In this document: piece after piece, positions 1 through 14,273 of the stretch
Layout of the letters: each line of letters begins with the position of its first letter
Position numbering within the stretch: the stretch's first letter is position 1
NCBI GenBank assembly: GCA_964016885.1
Contig: OZ024741.1
Coordinates: forward strand, 314,650,001-314,714,000
Direction: 5' to 3'
Length of the DNA: 64,000 nucleotides
From: Eledone cirrhosa
Lineage: Eukaryota
The notes under the pieces: generated by a model
The model's database searches: none
The model's input: the letters and a program-made list of their open reading frames with translations, nothing else
Told to the model about the DNA's origin: nothing
Made by a program: the position numbers and the translations under genes

Positions 1-167
1 ACAAAATTGAATATTTGAGCGATATAACCATATAATATGGATCCGAAATTTAGTGGGACTTGAATCGGTGGTTTATGCAACATTTGTACTAAGAATTGTT
101 ATTTCACAATTGATTTAAATATGTTAAAAATCAAAAACTTACGGGAGCGATTTCATGACCTTCTAAC

Positions 168-169
168 AC

Positions 170-203
<34 letters not shown>

Positions 204-3200
204 GTTGTTATTCCTTGAATCTCAGTCATTGATGTTGGTTAACTGGAAAGTCCGTTGGATTGAATATCAAGCCACTACCTGCAGCCTCAGATATTCAGGA
301 CGTATCGGAAGTTCTTGCTGTTCCAAGCAAGCATGCCTTTTGAAGCGTTCCAAAAAGCGTGAAGGGGCCGATTTTCTTTAACCATCCCTGGAAACTTTTG
401 GAGATAGTCCCCAGTGCGCCTATGACAATCGGGATCACTTTGACATCATGGCAGTTCCAAATCCTTTTCACCTCCCACTTTAGGTCCTGGTATCGGTTAA
501 TTGTCTCCCTCTCCTTCTCTTGCACTCTCGTGTCGAACGGGCAGGCCACATCCACAATCAGGCACGATCTTTTTTCTTTGTCCACAACCACCAGGTCAGG
601 TCTATTGTGTTCCAGTTTTTTGTCCGTCTGTATCCTAAAATCCCACAGCACCTTCACCTGATTGTTCTCCATCACCGCCTCTGGCCTATGCTCATACCAT
701 TTCTCAGAATGTGGTAAATTGTTTACTTTGCACAGGTGCCAGTGGATCACCCTGCCCATCACATCGTGTCTCCAGCCCTTATAGTGGGTCTCGGCTAGGT
801 GTTTACACTCGGACACAATGTGAGCCACAGTCTCCTCTCTCTCTCCACAGATCCTGCACAGTGGGCTAGCCTCCTCCTTGTAGATATGGTGCTTCAACCA
901 CTTCGTTTTGAGGGCTTGCTCCTGCGCAGCCATTAGCATTCCTTCTGTAGCCTTTTAGAGGTCTCCTCTTCTCAACCAGTTCCATGTCTGTGGATCTCTA
1001 AATTCAGTTTTCTCAAAGAAGGTACTATGAAGGGATTTTCCCTTAAGGCTGCTCTTCCTCCTTGATGTTATTTCCTCCTTGGACATCCCCTGGCCTACTG
1101 TCCCCTCCTTCAGTACAGTTCTGAGCATTGGCTCCTTACTATAGGTCACGTATTTGTATAGGTTGTTTTTCTCCATCTGAACACAGTCCTCTATGCTGAT
1201 AAGACCTCTTCCACCCTCAGATCTCCTTAGGTAGAGTCTATCGACATCACTCCTCTTGTGGAACATGTTGTAGATAGTCAATAGCTTCCTAGTCTTGCTA
1301 TCCATTTCTTTTTGTTCAGCAACATTCCATCTCAGAATTCCCGCACTGTACCTAATAATAGACACAGCTCGGGAATTTACTGCGCTTATGGCATTTCTGC
1401 TGTTCAGATGTGACTTCAATACGCTCCTTACTCTCCGAATGTATTCAGTTCTTAACAATTCCTTCATTTTTTTGTTCTTTATGCCATCAGCCTCCAGAAC
1501 GCCCAAATACTTGTATCCTTCCTCAGAGTCAATTTCTTTTATCATCTCACCTGTTGGTATCTGGATCCCGTTACTTCTGCTCAACCTACCCCTCTTCATC
1601 ACAATGACTCCACATTTACCAATACCAAACTGCATACATATATCACTGCTGAAAATACGGACAGTGTCAACAAGCACATCCAACTCCTTCTCACTTTTCC
1701 CGAAGAGCTTAAGATCGTCCATGAAGAGGAGGTGATTGATGGTAAGCTCTCCCCTTCCCAACTTGTATCCTGCGCTCACTTTTCGCAGCATAATGGTCAA
1801 GGGCATCAGGGCAAGGACAAACAACAGAGGGGACAGACTATCTCCCTGGAAGATACCTCTCTTGATCTTCACGCTTCCCAAGGATACTCCAGTTGATGTC
1901 AACTCTGTCTCCCAGGACCCCATACTCCTGCCTAGCAACTGTCTGATGTTATCTGCCACCCTGAAGATCTCCAGGCTTTTGGTGATCCAGGAATGAGGCA
2001 CCATGTCAAATGCCTTTCTGTAGTCTATCCATCCCATGGCAAAATCAGTGTGTCTCCTCCTGCAATTCCCCATTACCATCTTATCAATAAGTAACTGGTC
2101 CTTTGTACCACGTGACTTCTTTCGGCATCCTTTCTGTTCGTCCGGTAACAAGTTGTTTGTGTGGAGGTGATGGTAGATTTCCTCAGACACAATGCTCGTC
2201 AACAGTTTCCACATTACGGACAGACATGTGATAGGTCTATAGTTGGTAACATCATTACCCTTGATTCGGTCTTTCATTATCAGAACTGTGGTACCTTTTG
2301 TCAACCACTCTGGCACCTCAGCCGACACCAAGCAGTAATTGAACATGGCCGTCAGCTTCGGGTGGAGGGATGTTAAATGTTTAATCCAATACCCCTGCAC
2401 ACCATCTGGGCCTGGTGATTTCCAGTTGGTTAGTTTTTTGGCCTGCCCCTTAAGAGTTTCAACTGTGATACTCAAATCAGTTTGTTGTTGTGCCTGCTCA
2501 CCGATCTCCCTCTGTACTGTCTCAATCCACCCTGCCTGGGCATTGTGTCTAACTTCCTGCTCCCATATTCCTCTCCAGAATGTTTTAGTTTGCTCCGCCC
2601 CAGGGATCAAGTCGTTGCCTCTTTCTTTCCCCTCAAGCTGTCCAAACAGCATCTTCTGGTTGTTGTCGAACATGCGGTTCTGTTTATACTGACTGACTCT
2701 GTTCTCGTATCGCCTGATTTTTGCACTCTTTGCTACAATGCGTTGCTTCAGTTCCTCTATGATAATATTTAGCTTTTTCCTCCTAGTTTTGTATTTTATT
2801 TCCAGTCTATTTTTAGTGCCTATGTTTTTTAGTGTCCCATTCAGTAGTGACTCAAGCTTTCCTATGTCATTTCTCATTTCCCCGATTTGCCCACTCAGTC
2901 GCTTCTTCCACCACGGCTCTGCTCTTTCTTGTCTGTTGTTTGCTCTCGCTTTTATACCATGTAGTTTCCTCACCGTATTTGCTGTTGCTTTGAGGATATT
3001 GTTGCACTGGTGAAGGCTCCTCGCCTCTAGATATGGGATGACTTTGTTTACCTTAGCTGTTGTTTCTTTTAACTTTTTCCTGTCTACAAATCTTAGGTTC
3101 ATAGGTCTCCAACTATCATTGTTCAATTCATCTACCACTAAATTTAGGATGTCAACCGAATCTTGTCCTAACCCGTCAGCATTCATCTCCTCAGTGGCCG

Positions 3201-3830
3201 TATCTCTGTTCCAGGTATTATTTATCTCAGTATTCAGATCATTGTCAGCTTCGGGTGGTTCCTCCGTTCTCAGGACCTCTTCACCTTCATTTCCCACTGG
3301 CTCGCTTGTCTGGCATACTACACCCGCCATCTCCAAGCCATTCTCTCTGCTCAGTTCCTCCAGTTCCAGCTCGCTTATCCATCCATTAGTTCTTATTACC
3401 CGAGCCTGCCCGGCCAATTTTTGTTCATCTAATTTAAATAAACCAATCTCGTTCCAGATGTTATGCATCCGTCTCCTGTAGCCCCTCTCCTTGGGGCTAC
3501 TTTTCAGGTAACATTGCATAACAGTTCTATTCAATTCTTTCGTCCAGTTGGTTCTGGCCCCTTTCCTTCTTCTCCTTCCTCCAACATCAGCAGTATTTGG
3601 TTGACAGTCAGGTTCCTGCTGCTGAGCCAGGGGGCACCTGTTGGGTGAGAGTCTGTCACATGACATTCTAGTCTCCATTTCACCGTTATTCGAACTGTTT
3701 ATGTTCGATATTTAAACACTCTTATCGAGGATTGGCGAATGTATGGTTACATATCCATCTGTGGATCCGCCATTCCACTTGGCTCTTGTGTGGCATTATC
3801 ACCACGCTGTATACGAACACACATAAACAA
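168..3830 (-). mobile_element. R4/Dong-clade non-LTR retrotransposon (RT + restriction-like endonuclease), near full length
   Basis: RT motifs KSPGPDG, NYRPITC, QGDSLSP, LFMDDLK, YKYLG; C-terminal CCHC (CRICGEREETVAHIVSEC), RHD, RPD, DVACP; the 3' end runs into a (TAA)n tract at 168-212. The 5' boundary is approximate. Confidence 0.93.
295..3678 (-). pseudogene. R4/Dong RT-RLE ORF interrupted by one in-frame TAA at 955-957
   Basis: ORFs 955..3678 and 295..939 are in the same frame (RRGDL*KATEGMLMAAQEQAL). There is a probable extra frameshift in the last few codons. Confidence 0.9.
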
Positions 3831-5426
3831 ACAAACACACAGGCAGAAGGGGCCCCAAAAATGAATAAGCATAAGTTTCATTGTAATGTAGTGTTCGAAT
3901 GTCTGACTTAGTTTTTGTTTTTTAAGTTTTAGATTTTCCCCCCTCTTCTCTGTCCGTCCGCCTGCTTCTCTCTTCATTCTTATTTTCTTTACGTTTTTTT
4001 TGTTTTGTTTTTTTTTTGTTTTTGTTTTTCTCTGTTTGTTTTTCTCGTTTTTTGCTGTTGTTGCTGTGCTGCTTTGGTTTTGTTGTTTGTTTTTCCTTTT
4101 TTCTTTTGAGTCTATCTATATATTTTGATGCCTTCCTCTTTTTTAGCAGTAGGGATTCTATAATGTGGTGGCAGCAGCCAGCTGGACGAAGTGGGAGATT
4201 GGCGGCGGTAGCGATACTGAGACAGTGGTGGTGGTGATGTCGATACCGAGGCAGTGGTGGCGGTGATGTAACCGTATTACTGTAGTGATGGTGCTGTAGC
4301 GGTGGTAGCAGTGAAGGAGTGAAGGGGTGGTGGCGGCGGTGATGGGATAATGGTTGTAATGATGGCCGTAGTGAGCGGTGGTGGTTTAGTGTACACAGGT
4401 GATGGGGTGGGTGGTGTATCTAGTTTCTGGTGTTGGTGAGTTTGGCTGTTCTATATAGTGTAGACAGAGGAGGAGGGGGGGGGGTTTCTTCTTCCATTTA
4501 TAGCCATTTTCTTTTTGGGATATACAGTGTACAATACAAAGTTGAATATTTGAATATTTGAGCCTTATAACGATATATTTTTGCTATACAAAAAAGTTTT
4601 TAATCTCATTGCTGTCAATTGTTTCTCTGAACTGGTAGGTCTAGAGATCGCTACCCGCTTATTTTCACGTTATTTGATCACCAATACAAAGTTATAACCA
4701 GTCACTTCATCGGAGCTTGTGAGAATGAAAAGAATATACAGGCATGGCTACTATATATAGTAGTAATGGCATTCAATCAGAAGAATAAAAACAATACTAA
4801 CAATGCTAGCAATAAATTATTTAATATAATCACAACATCAATCTAGGTGGGAAGTATAGTATATCTAAGATTTTAGCGTGTAAAACTAGCTGACATGAGG
4901 CAGATGTATACAATTGACATGAAGAAGCTGTCATGGGGTGTATTATATCTAGTGTAAAGATAAGCCGGTGTCTTTAAGCAATATAGGTCTGGTGGCCGTA
5001 AGAATCGTTTATTATCTGACAGATGAAGAAGTTATCTCTGTAGTGAGGATAATAATATTTATGTGGTCTATATTAGATGAAAGGATTGTCTAGCTTTCTC
5101 ATCGTCAGTAACATACATGTATAAGACAACATTAACAGGGTAGCAATATAATGGGCAAGTTAATACAGAGGTTAAGGAGGCAATATATATATATACATGC
5201 ACACAAACATATATATATATATATACATACACATATATACATACATATAAAGAGAAAACATGCTGACTATAATTATAACAGGAGGAAGGTAAAGTTCTGT
5301 TGTAGTAGTATTTTGAAATGTTCTTGGATTTAGGTTCAAGTGCTGAGAGCAGCTGAGAAGAGGTTTGTTTATATAACAATATTTGTTTCGAAACACGATT
5401 CCATATCAAAAGTCTCGCAAACCAAC

Positions 5427-5498
<72 letters not shown>

Positions 5499-6324
5499 GC
5501 CGGAGTATTGCTAAAACGCTTTCTCCGATATTGTATTTATTATTATTATATATATATATATATATAAATATATATATACATATATGTATATATATATATA
5601 TATATGGAGGAGATTATAGTTCACTTGAAGCATTATCTAATGAGGTATAAACGTTTGTATATGTATAATAAAGCCAAAACAATACAGGTATGGACATAGA
5701 ATAAAGAATGCAAATGCAAAAGATATTGTTGACAATTAGTCTTTTACCTTAGATTTATTTAAATGTCCTTAATTTTTGAGATAATATCTCTTCTTCAGAG
5801 GGAAGTAAATCTGTTAAACCAGTGTTCTAAATAGCTTGCGAAGTCATGCTGACAGGAAATGGTATAGAGTATCTGTTCTATCTCTAATGTCAAAGAGTTA
5901 AGATTAGGTGGATAAAGAGTAGTCTCCCTTTAAAAGTTTTTTTTTATATGCATGCCTGTTTAAGTGTCTGGGAGAATGCATGAAGGTGTAAGTATGTGAG
6001 TGTGTGAGTGTGAGAAGATATGTCTATACGTAAATGTGGGGGATAGATGTTATCTCGTGTTAGAACTGGTTTTGTGCGTGTATGTGTGAGAGAGAATAAG
6101 TGGAGGTGTAAGTGTGTGTGTGTGTGTGTGCGTGTGTGTGTGTGGGGTGTGTGTAAATATGGGGCTAGATGCTCTATCTAATGTATTTTGTGGCGTGATA
6201 TTGTTAGACTTAAGTTGAAATTTCAATACCTGTATATATAAATGAACATCAAGGAACAACATTTTAATTTATATGAGGAAACTGGAATTTGGTAGCGTAC
6301 AGTCTGTAGTTTAAATTCAAATAC

Positions 6325-6945
<621 letters not shown>

Positions 6946-7324
6946 TATATATATATATATAGTGATGGTGTGGTAAGATACCAAGTGGTGTTCAGTTCAA
7001 GCTGTCGATGTGGGTGGAGCTCAAACGTCGTACCCCTAACACTTTTCCTATATATATAAACGGAAAAAATGAAACGAAATTTTATTTCCCACTCTTAGTA
7101 CGGCTGTTACTTAAATATAAGTATGTACACGTACATACATATATGTATACAGACGTACAGTAGTATTATATATATATATATATACATACATGCACATATA
7201 TATGTACATATGGATTCACCGAACATTTATTATAATGCTCGGTGTGTTTGTAGACAAACATCCCGTATTAAGTCGTAGTGTCCAGCAACCATCGTTGCTC
7301 GTTTGTTCAACACTGACAAAGGAA

Positions 7325-7365
7325 CGCTGTACTAGTTTCAAGCTTATTAGCTATCGTCAGCAACG
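7325..7365 (-). ncRNA. Type I hammerhead ribozyme (copy 1)
   Basis: Minus strand: CGUUG CUGACGA U-AGCU-aaua-AGCU-U GAAA CUAG UA/CAGCG; stem I extends GGAA/UUCC across a bulge. Confidence 0.85.
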
Positions 7366-7740
7366 TATACCTTCCTGCCAGATTGTTGAACGTATATACT
7401 TACCTTATGCATATTAACGGCTGAGTAGCCCAATTTGCATATCGAGTGGGTTAATCGGCCGGGTGCACCGGAAACGATGAACGGAAAAAATGAAACGAAA
7501 TTTCATTTCCCACTCTTAGTACGGCTGTTACTTAAATATAAGTATGTACATGTACATACATATATGTATACAGACGTACAGTAGTATGTATATATATATA
7601 CATACATGCACACATATATGTACGTATGGATTCACCGAACATTTATTATAATGCTCGGTGTGTTTGTAAACAAACATCCCGAATTAAGCCGTAGTGTCCT
7701 GCAACCAATGTTGCTCGTTTGTTCAACACTGACAAAGGAA

Positions 7741-7781
7741 CGCTGTACTAGTTTCAAGCTTATTAGCTATCGTCAGCAACG
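7741..7781 (-). ncRNA. Type I hammerhead ribozyme (copy 2)
   Basis: Identical motif 416 nt downstream of copy 1. Confidence 0.85.
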
Positions 7782-7866
7782 TATACCTTCCTGCCAGATT
7801 GTGTAACGTATATACTTACCTTATGCATATTAACGGCTGAGTACCCCAATTTGCATATCGAGTGGG

Positions 7867-7966
<100 letters not shown>

Positions 7967-7973
7967 CCATATA

Positions 7974-8006
<33 letters not shown>

Positions 8007-8023
8007 GAAAAAGTTCAAACCCC

Positions 8024-8087
8024 CGACGGCAGAGCTCAAGCCGTTTCGATGGCTATTTCCGTCGAAACGGCTTGAGCTCTGCCGTCG
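8024..8087. repeat. Short fold-back palindrome containing an HHR 3' half
   Basis: CGACGGCAGAGCTCAAGCCGTTTCGA...TCGAAACGGCTTGAGCTCTGCCGTCG; each arm reads GAAA-CGGC...GCCG-UC. A related single arm is at 52077-52110. Confidence 0.8.
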
Positions 8088-8644
8088 AGGTAATGAACAT
8101 TTTCATATTACCCATGTAAATAAGCTCTGTAGCCTACATAGAGCACTTTTTTTTCTGTACCTTTCCGACGGAATTATTACATTTATAGAGCTCCAACCGG
8201 GAATGATCGAAGCATATTCTATATTACATATATAATTGGCACCTTCCAGCAGGATAAGTTGAGCACTATACAGTTTCAGGATATTAACCAACATACACCA
8301 CGGACGTTTATGAATTGGATTATTCTATTAAAAATATACCTACTCCTTCCAACACAAGCTACACATCTTATCGATAAAATTGAACAAGTCATTAAAAGAA
8401 TAAGATGGAAAGCCATGATTTACGATGTGCTGATTCCAATGACTACTTTGACATTAAATCCCGCAAATACCCACCTAGAGTTAAAGACATGGTCAATTTC
8501 GAAATAGACCTAGTTAATTTAATTAGTGAAATTAAATAGCAAATAATTTTCAATCAAAACTCTCTAACGATATTTCTAATTTTAAACACTCTACAAACGT
8601 TTCGTTTTTTCTGATAAAACTAAAACCTCTTTGAAGTAAATAAT

Positions 8645-8830
8645 TGTTTCTACTTTAGGCACAAGGCCAGTAATTACCCAGTGCGTTACTGGTACTTTAT
8701 TTTATCGACCCCGTAAGGATGAAAGGCAAAGTCAACCTTGGCGGGATTTGAACTCAGATCGTAAAGAGACGTAACTATGCTGGAAAGCATGGCGTCCGAC
8801 CCTCCACCGATACTGCCAATCCACCGCCCT
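8645..8830 (-). mobile_element. tRNA-derived SINE with 16-bp target-site duplication
   Basis: A box TGGCAGTATCGG, B box GTTCAAATCC, central GCCTTTCATCCTTACGGGGTCGATAAA...AGTACCAG (resembles the MetaSINE-type domain); TSD CTTTGAAGTAAATAAT at 8629-8644 and 8831-8846. Confidence 0.9.
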
Positions 8831-11062
8831 CTTTGAAGTAAATAATATTTCGTATAACCAACTTTTAACAGATAGCATTATCGCCAAATACCAAATAGCT
8901 AACATTAATACCTACAATATTATTAACAATGAAACTAAAGAACTAGCTAGTATTTTAAAAATAGATACCCGGATTGAAAGCCTAGCTAAACGTAAGGCAT
9001 ATATTATCCTTAAAGACCATAAATCAGACTTTACTAATCGACCTAACTGTAGACTAATTAACCCTGCTAAATCTGAAGTTTGCCTTGCGAATAAAAAAAT
9101 CTTAAGAAAAATAATACTTCAAATAAGAACTGTGACTGACTTATCACAATAGTTAAATACATCCTCTGTTATTTCTTGGTTTACTAATATACAGAGGAAA
9201 AATGTGTAGATTTACCCAATTTGATATTGTTGATTTTTATCCCTCTATCACTGAATCCTTATTAACAAAAGGCTTAGATTTTGCAAGAATTTTCATTAAT
9301 ATTTCTAAATTAGAAGAAGACGTTATCTTTCATGCTAGGAAAACACTACTCTTCGCTAATGAAAGTATTTGGGTTAAAAAACAAAGCCCTGAAAACTCTT
9401 TTGATGTTGCGATGTGCTCATATGATAGTGCTGATGTGTACGACTTAGTAGGATTATTCCGCCTTCACAACCTTAAAGAGAAATTTCCTTGCCATGATAT
9501 CGGCTTATACCGAGACGACGGTTTGGAAGTTTCTCATACCAGCAACGGCCATAACCTTGATAAATTCCGTAAAGATTTAATTAATACCTTTGCTAACCTA
9601 AACCTTAAAATTACTAGAGATACGAATCTTACTAATACTAACTTTCTTGATGTTAATCTTGATCTACTTACTGCCTCTTTTAAACCTTATCATAAACCGA
9701 ACGAGAATTTAAGATACATACACAAAGAGTCTTGCCATCCCCCTATAGTTTAAAAAAATATTCTTCCTAACATTAGCCGTAGGATTTCTACCTTATCTTC
9801 GTCTATAGACATTTTTACCAAAGCTGCCCCTTATTATAATAAGGCCCTCCATAACAGCGGTTTTACCGGACATATTAAATATTTACCAACTCCTTTCTCT
9901 AACACTAAACACAATAATAGGAAAAGAAAAATTATTTGGTTTACACCTCCTTCTCTCTAACTGTTAAAACTAATGTAGGAAGAAAATTCCTCGACCTCCT
10001 AGACAAACATTTCCCCCTAATCATAGATATAATAAGATATTTAATAGAAATATAGTCAAAATCAGTTACTCTTGCTGCCCATCAATGAAGACTAAAATTA
10101 CCAACTCTAATCGTACGAGAGTAAATCCAGGATGTAGTTGCAGGAAGCCGGAAGAATGCACATAACAGGGTAAATGAAATAGCAAATCCATTGTGTTTGA
10201 GGCCAGATTGTTTGACACCGATGATTAATATCCAGCCAGCCAGGAGTGAACGATATGTTCGCATGACTCAGGACAGATTCAAAACCAGATATTATGCATT
10301 TGTCGCTTCTTTCAAACACCCTGATAAAAGAGCAGGAACGGCGTTGGCAAATAAAGTGTGGGAATTTAAAGACAAATAAATTCTGTATACTTTTGATTGG
10401 TCTATTTCAGACAATTCAAGCGAATACCAAAGGGCACAAAGAAATGTTCTTTGTGTGTACTACGGAAAGAATTTAGAATTATCAAAACTTGAAAGCCCCG
10501 TCCACTTGCCTCAACTCTAAGACCGAGATCTTCAGATGTCCGCATCTGAAATCGCATCTACTTTTTAACTGGATTAACATTCCTACGATTACTCAACCAC
10601 ATTGAGCTTCTTCTTTACTCTTCACGCCTTCCACTCACCATGAATCTTATGAACTCATACATCCTAACCATATATACTTTTTCTCCCTCATCACCTTCGA
10701 TATACCTTTTTATTTTTATTTTTATAATTTTTTCAGTGAGTTATAATCCCGCTCCTACTTTCTACTTTACCTTTTACACATACACACCCACCACCTTGAT
10801 ACTTTAATCAGTTCACTTTTTAACCAGATACTCTCATCTAGATCTCATCACAAACCTTTTACAACACCTTTTTCCCTTACCTGTTCTTAATAATTGTGTT
10901 TATTATTTTATTTCAGTTTTACTCCCCTTTTGTCCTTACTTACCCACTAGATCTTTTATTGTACTTACAGGCTTATGTGTACATACATGTATAGTATCTT
11001 GATTCTTTATTTTATGTGTGTGTATGTGTGTGTCTGTGTGTATGTGTGCTGTGTGTATATAT

Positions 11063-11136
<74 letters not shown>

Positions 11137-11395
11137 GTGTGTGTGGGTATATATATACGTATATATATGTGTTTGTGTATAGATATGTGTGTGTGTGTTT
11201 GTATATGTTTATTATATTTATATGGTTATTTGTATGTGGTTACGTATATGTGTGTGTATGTATATATATATACATGCACACAGTAGTATGTATATATATA
11301 TACATGCAGTATATATATACATACAGTATATATATATATACATGCACACAGTAGTATGTATATATATATATATATATGCACACATATATATATGT

Positions 11396-11830
11396 ACGTA
11401 TGGATTCACCAAACATTTATTATAATGCTCGGTGTGTTTGTAAACAAACATCCCGAATTAAGACGTACAGTGTCTAGCAACCATCGTTGCTCATTTGTTC
11501 AACCCTGACAAAGGAACGTTGTACTAGTTTCAAGCTTATTAGCTATCGTCAGCAACGTATACCTTCCTGCCAGAAGATTGAACGTCTGAAAGTATATACT
11601 TTCCTTATGCGTATTAACGGCTGAGCAGCCAAATTTGCATATCGAGTGAGTTAATTGGCCGATAAAACGAAAACGATAAACGGAAAAAATGAAACGATAT
11701 TTCATTTCTCACTATTAGTACGGCTGTTACTTAAATATAAGTATGTATACGTACATACATATATGTATACAGACGTACAGTAGTATGTATATATATATAT
11801 ACATACATGCACATATACATATATGTACTT
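11396..11830 (-). mobile_element. Circularly permuted monomer of the ~416-nt HHR repeat (HHR at 11517-11557)
   Basis: Same unit as 7058-7866 but starting at a different phase; HHR stem I is fully Watson-Crick (CGUUG/CAACG); inserted in TA/TG microsatellite. Confidence 0.8.
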
Positions 11831-11833
11831 ATG

Positions 11834-11879
<46 letters not shown>

Positions 11880-12538
11880 TGTATATGTGTGTGTGTTTTT
11901 ATACGTGTGTATGAGTATCTACGCGTGGGTATATGTGTGTGTGTGTATGTGTGTGTGTATTTATGTATATATATATATTTGTATATGCACATCTCGTGTA
12001 TATGTTTATTTTAAAGTTGTTTTTATTCCCCTTCCCTCCACACCCTCATACGTATCGCTGTCAACACGTCTCCCTTTTCACTGTGTATATTTTTTGTTCT
12101 TAGTCATGTATTTATTTATTACTTCATGTATATGTATGTGTATGTATTTATGTCCCTGTCTGTAAACGCTAATACGCTTATGTGATAAAGTATATATCTT
12201 CGTACCTTTTAACTATATGTGCGTGGATTAGTGTGCCTGTTTACGTTCTGGATATTTATTTTTGTTATACATATTTATATATTTTTTCTACTCTTCTTTT
12301 TATACGTTTGTTTGTCAGCCTCATTTCATATTTCTTACATATTTTTGTTTTCAAATCCATATTTAATAAAAACACCATGTTTTTTATTCGTTCTCACGAC
12401 TGAAAACAGATAACATATCTGCTTTCAAGAAACCACTGGTAAATGAAATAATTATCTCATGTGTTTTATTAGATAACTAATAAGCTCTGTAGCCTACATA
12501 GAGCACTCTTTTTTCCTGTACCTTTACGACGGAATTCA

Positions 12539-12613
<75 letters not shown>

Positions 12614-12643
12614 TTCTTTAAAGGCTTCAATAATATTAAAGGC

Positions 12644-12681
<38 letters not shown>

Positions 12682-12690
12682 TTCTTTAAA

Positions 12691-12748
<58 letters not shown>

Positions 12749-12778
12749 TTCTTTAAAGGCTTCAATAATATTAAAGGC

Positions 12779-12865
<87 letters not shown>

Positions 12866-12868
<3 letters not shown>

Positions 12869-14220
12869 TTCTTTAAAGGCTTCAACCTCTCTATACAGGT
12901 TGAGGCCAATCTCTCGGTCCTTAATTACCTCGACGTTACCCTCAATGTATCGAATGGCTTGTATTACCCGTATAGAAAGCCGAATGATACGCTTAATTAC
13001 ATAAGTAAGCATTCCAACCATCCTGCCAGCATAACCAAGAACATGGTGAGAGACGTTTCGTTGAGGCTTTCTCGTCTATCTACTAACGAGCATATTTTCA
13101 AAGATCATTCCACTTATTACAATGAAGCTCTTGTTCGGAGTGGATTTGTCGATAAGATAGCATATACAGAGTACGAAAATAGACCTAGAAAAAATAGATC
13201 CCGTCGTATTTGTTGGTATAACCCACCATATAATATGGAGGTGGCCACACCATTAGCTAAGATCATTATTTCCCTTATTACGAAGCATTTTCCCCTTACA
13301 AATAAATAAAGTAAAATTTTTAATAGAAATACTATTAAAATTTCTTACTCTACGACTCCTAACCTTGCACATAACATCACAGCTTCAAATTTAGCTAAAT
13401 TACCTAGCCGTAGAAACACGCGCAACCCTGTAGTTAGTACTAATGTAATTGTAGGAATCGGGTTGATTGCCCACTATCCGGGAAATGCCTCTCTAGTAAC
13501 ATTGTCTACAAATGTAAGGTTGAAACACCCACGTCCCGTAGGGCCTACTTAGGGTTAACCGCCAATAGATTCAAGCAGCGCCTTTACATGCATACCCATT
13601 CTTTTCGGAACCCTCTAAGAAGGAATATGACGTCACTTTCAGCTTATATCTGGAGCTTAAAAGACAACCACACCCAATATAAGTTACACTGGGAGATCCT
13701 AGCTAGGGCAAGATCGTATAACGGAAATAAAAGACCATGTGACCTCTGCGCCGCTGAGGCCCTGGAAATACTCTACGCCAATGACCACATCTTAAACAAA
13801 AAATCTGAGGCAATTTCGGCTTGTAAACATAAATTGCACAAAACTTTCCTGTATTACAGCCCCACGTTATACCCTAACGGATAGTACGATCTATACGTGG
13901 ATATTTTACGTCTTGATGTGGTAGCTAAGTATATGTTTTGTTTATACCATTACTTATTTACATAGGGAACGTTTCCACGAACCAAAGTATCGTCTTCCTG
14001 TCTTCCTCCGGTTGCAACGTTTTTTGAAATTTCCACTTCTGCGTTTACAGATTGACTTTGTTAGTTTCAGAAGATCCCGTTAAGGGTGAAAGCAGCGATT
14101 CTTTGCTTAAACTTTAATCTGTTATTTTAATAAATATTTGCTCTACGGTTCTTATATATTTGATATATATTTATCCTTATCGAGCTCTCTTTTGATTTTA
14201 GTCTTCAAATTTATTATTAT

Positions 14221-14240
<20 letters not shown>
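12866..14240 (+). mobile_element. 5'-truncated Naiad-type PLE (RT thumb + GIY-YIG + pLTR)
   Basis: NYLDV, YPYRKPN, SNHP, WYNPP, CNCRNRVDCPLSGKC, YLGLT, CDLC, CKHK; HHR-like motif at 14063-14113. Confidence 0.88.

Positions 14241-14273
<33 letters not shown>

Larger units (their letters stand above)
7058..7866 (-). mobile_element. Tandem dimer of a ~416-nt non-coding HHR repeat (non-LTR retrozyme candidate)
   Basis: Two head-to-tail near-identical units (GGAACGCTG at 7321 and 7737); no credible ORF; flanked by (TA)n. Confidence 0.8.
8100..12540 (+). mobile_element. Degenerate Penelope-like element (Naiad-type RT + GIY-YIG) with terminal direct repeat
   Basis: KRIRWKA, LKDHK, RLINPAKS, FDIVDFYPSI, GLYRDDGL, NFLDV, PYHKPN across broken frames (8270-10575); ~60-bp direct repeat at 8118-8177 / 12479-12536; HHR-like remnant at 12399-12446. 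Confidence 0.85.

Noticed and set aside
1295-3648. Plus-strand ORFs over the R4 element (and similar ones over the Tx1, RTE and PLE copies)
   Set aside because: Antisense shadows of real retroelement frames.
3685-3810. HDV or twister ribozyme in the first R4 5' UTR
   Set aside because: Only simple hairpins could be drawn; no pseudoknot fits.
8645-8830. tRNA gene
   Set aside because: A/B boxes are present, but no cloverleaf; multi-copy with a TSD, so it is a SINE.
12541-12890. CRISPR-like repeat-spacer pattern
   Set aside because: Spacers are (TA)n, the context is eukaryotic, and there are no cas genes.
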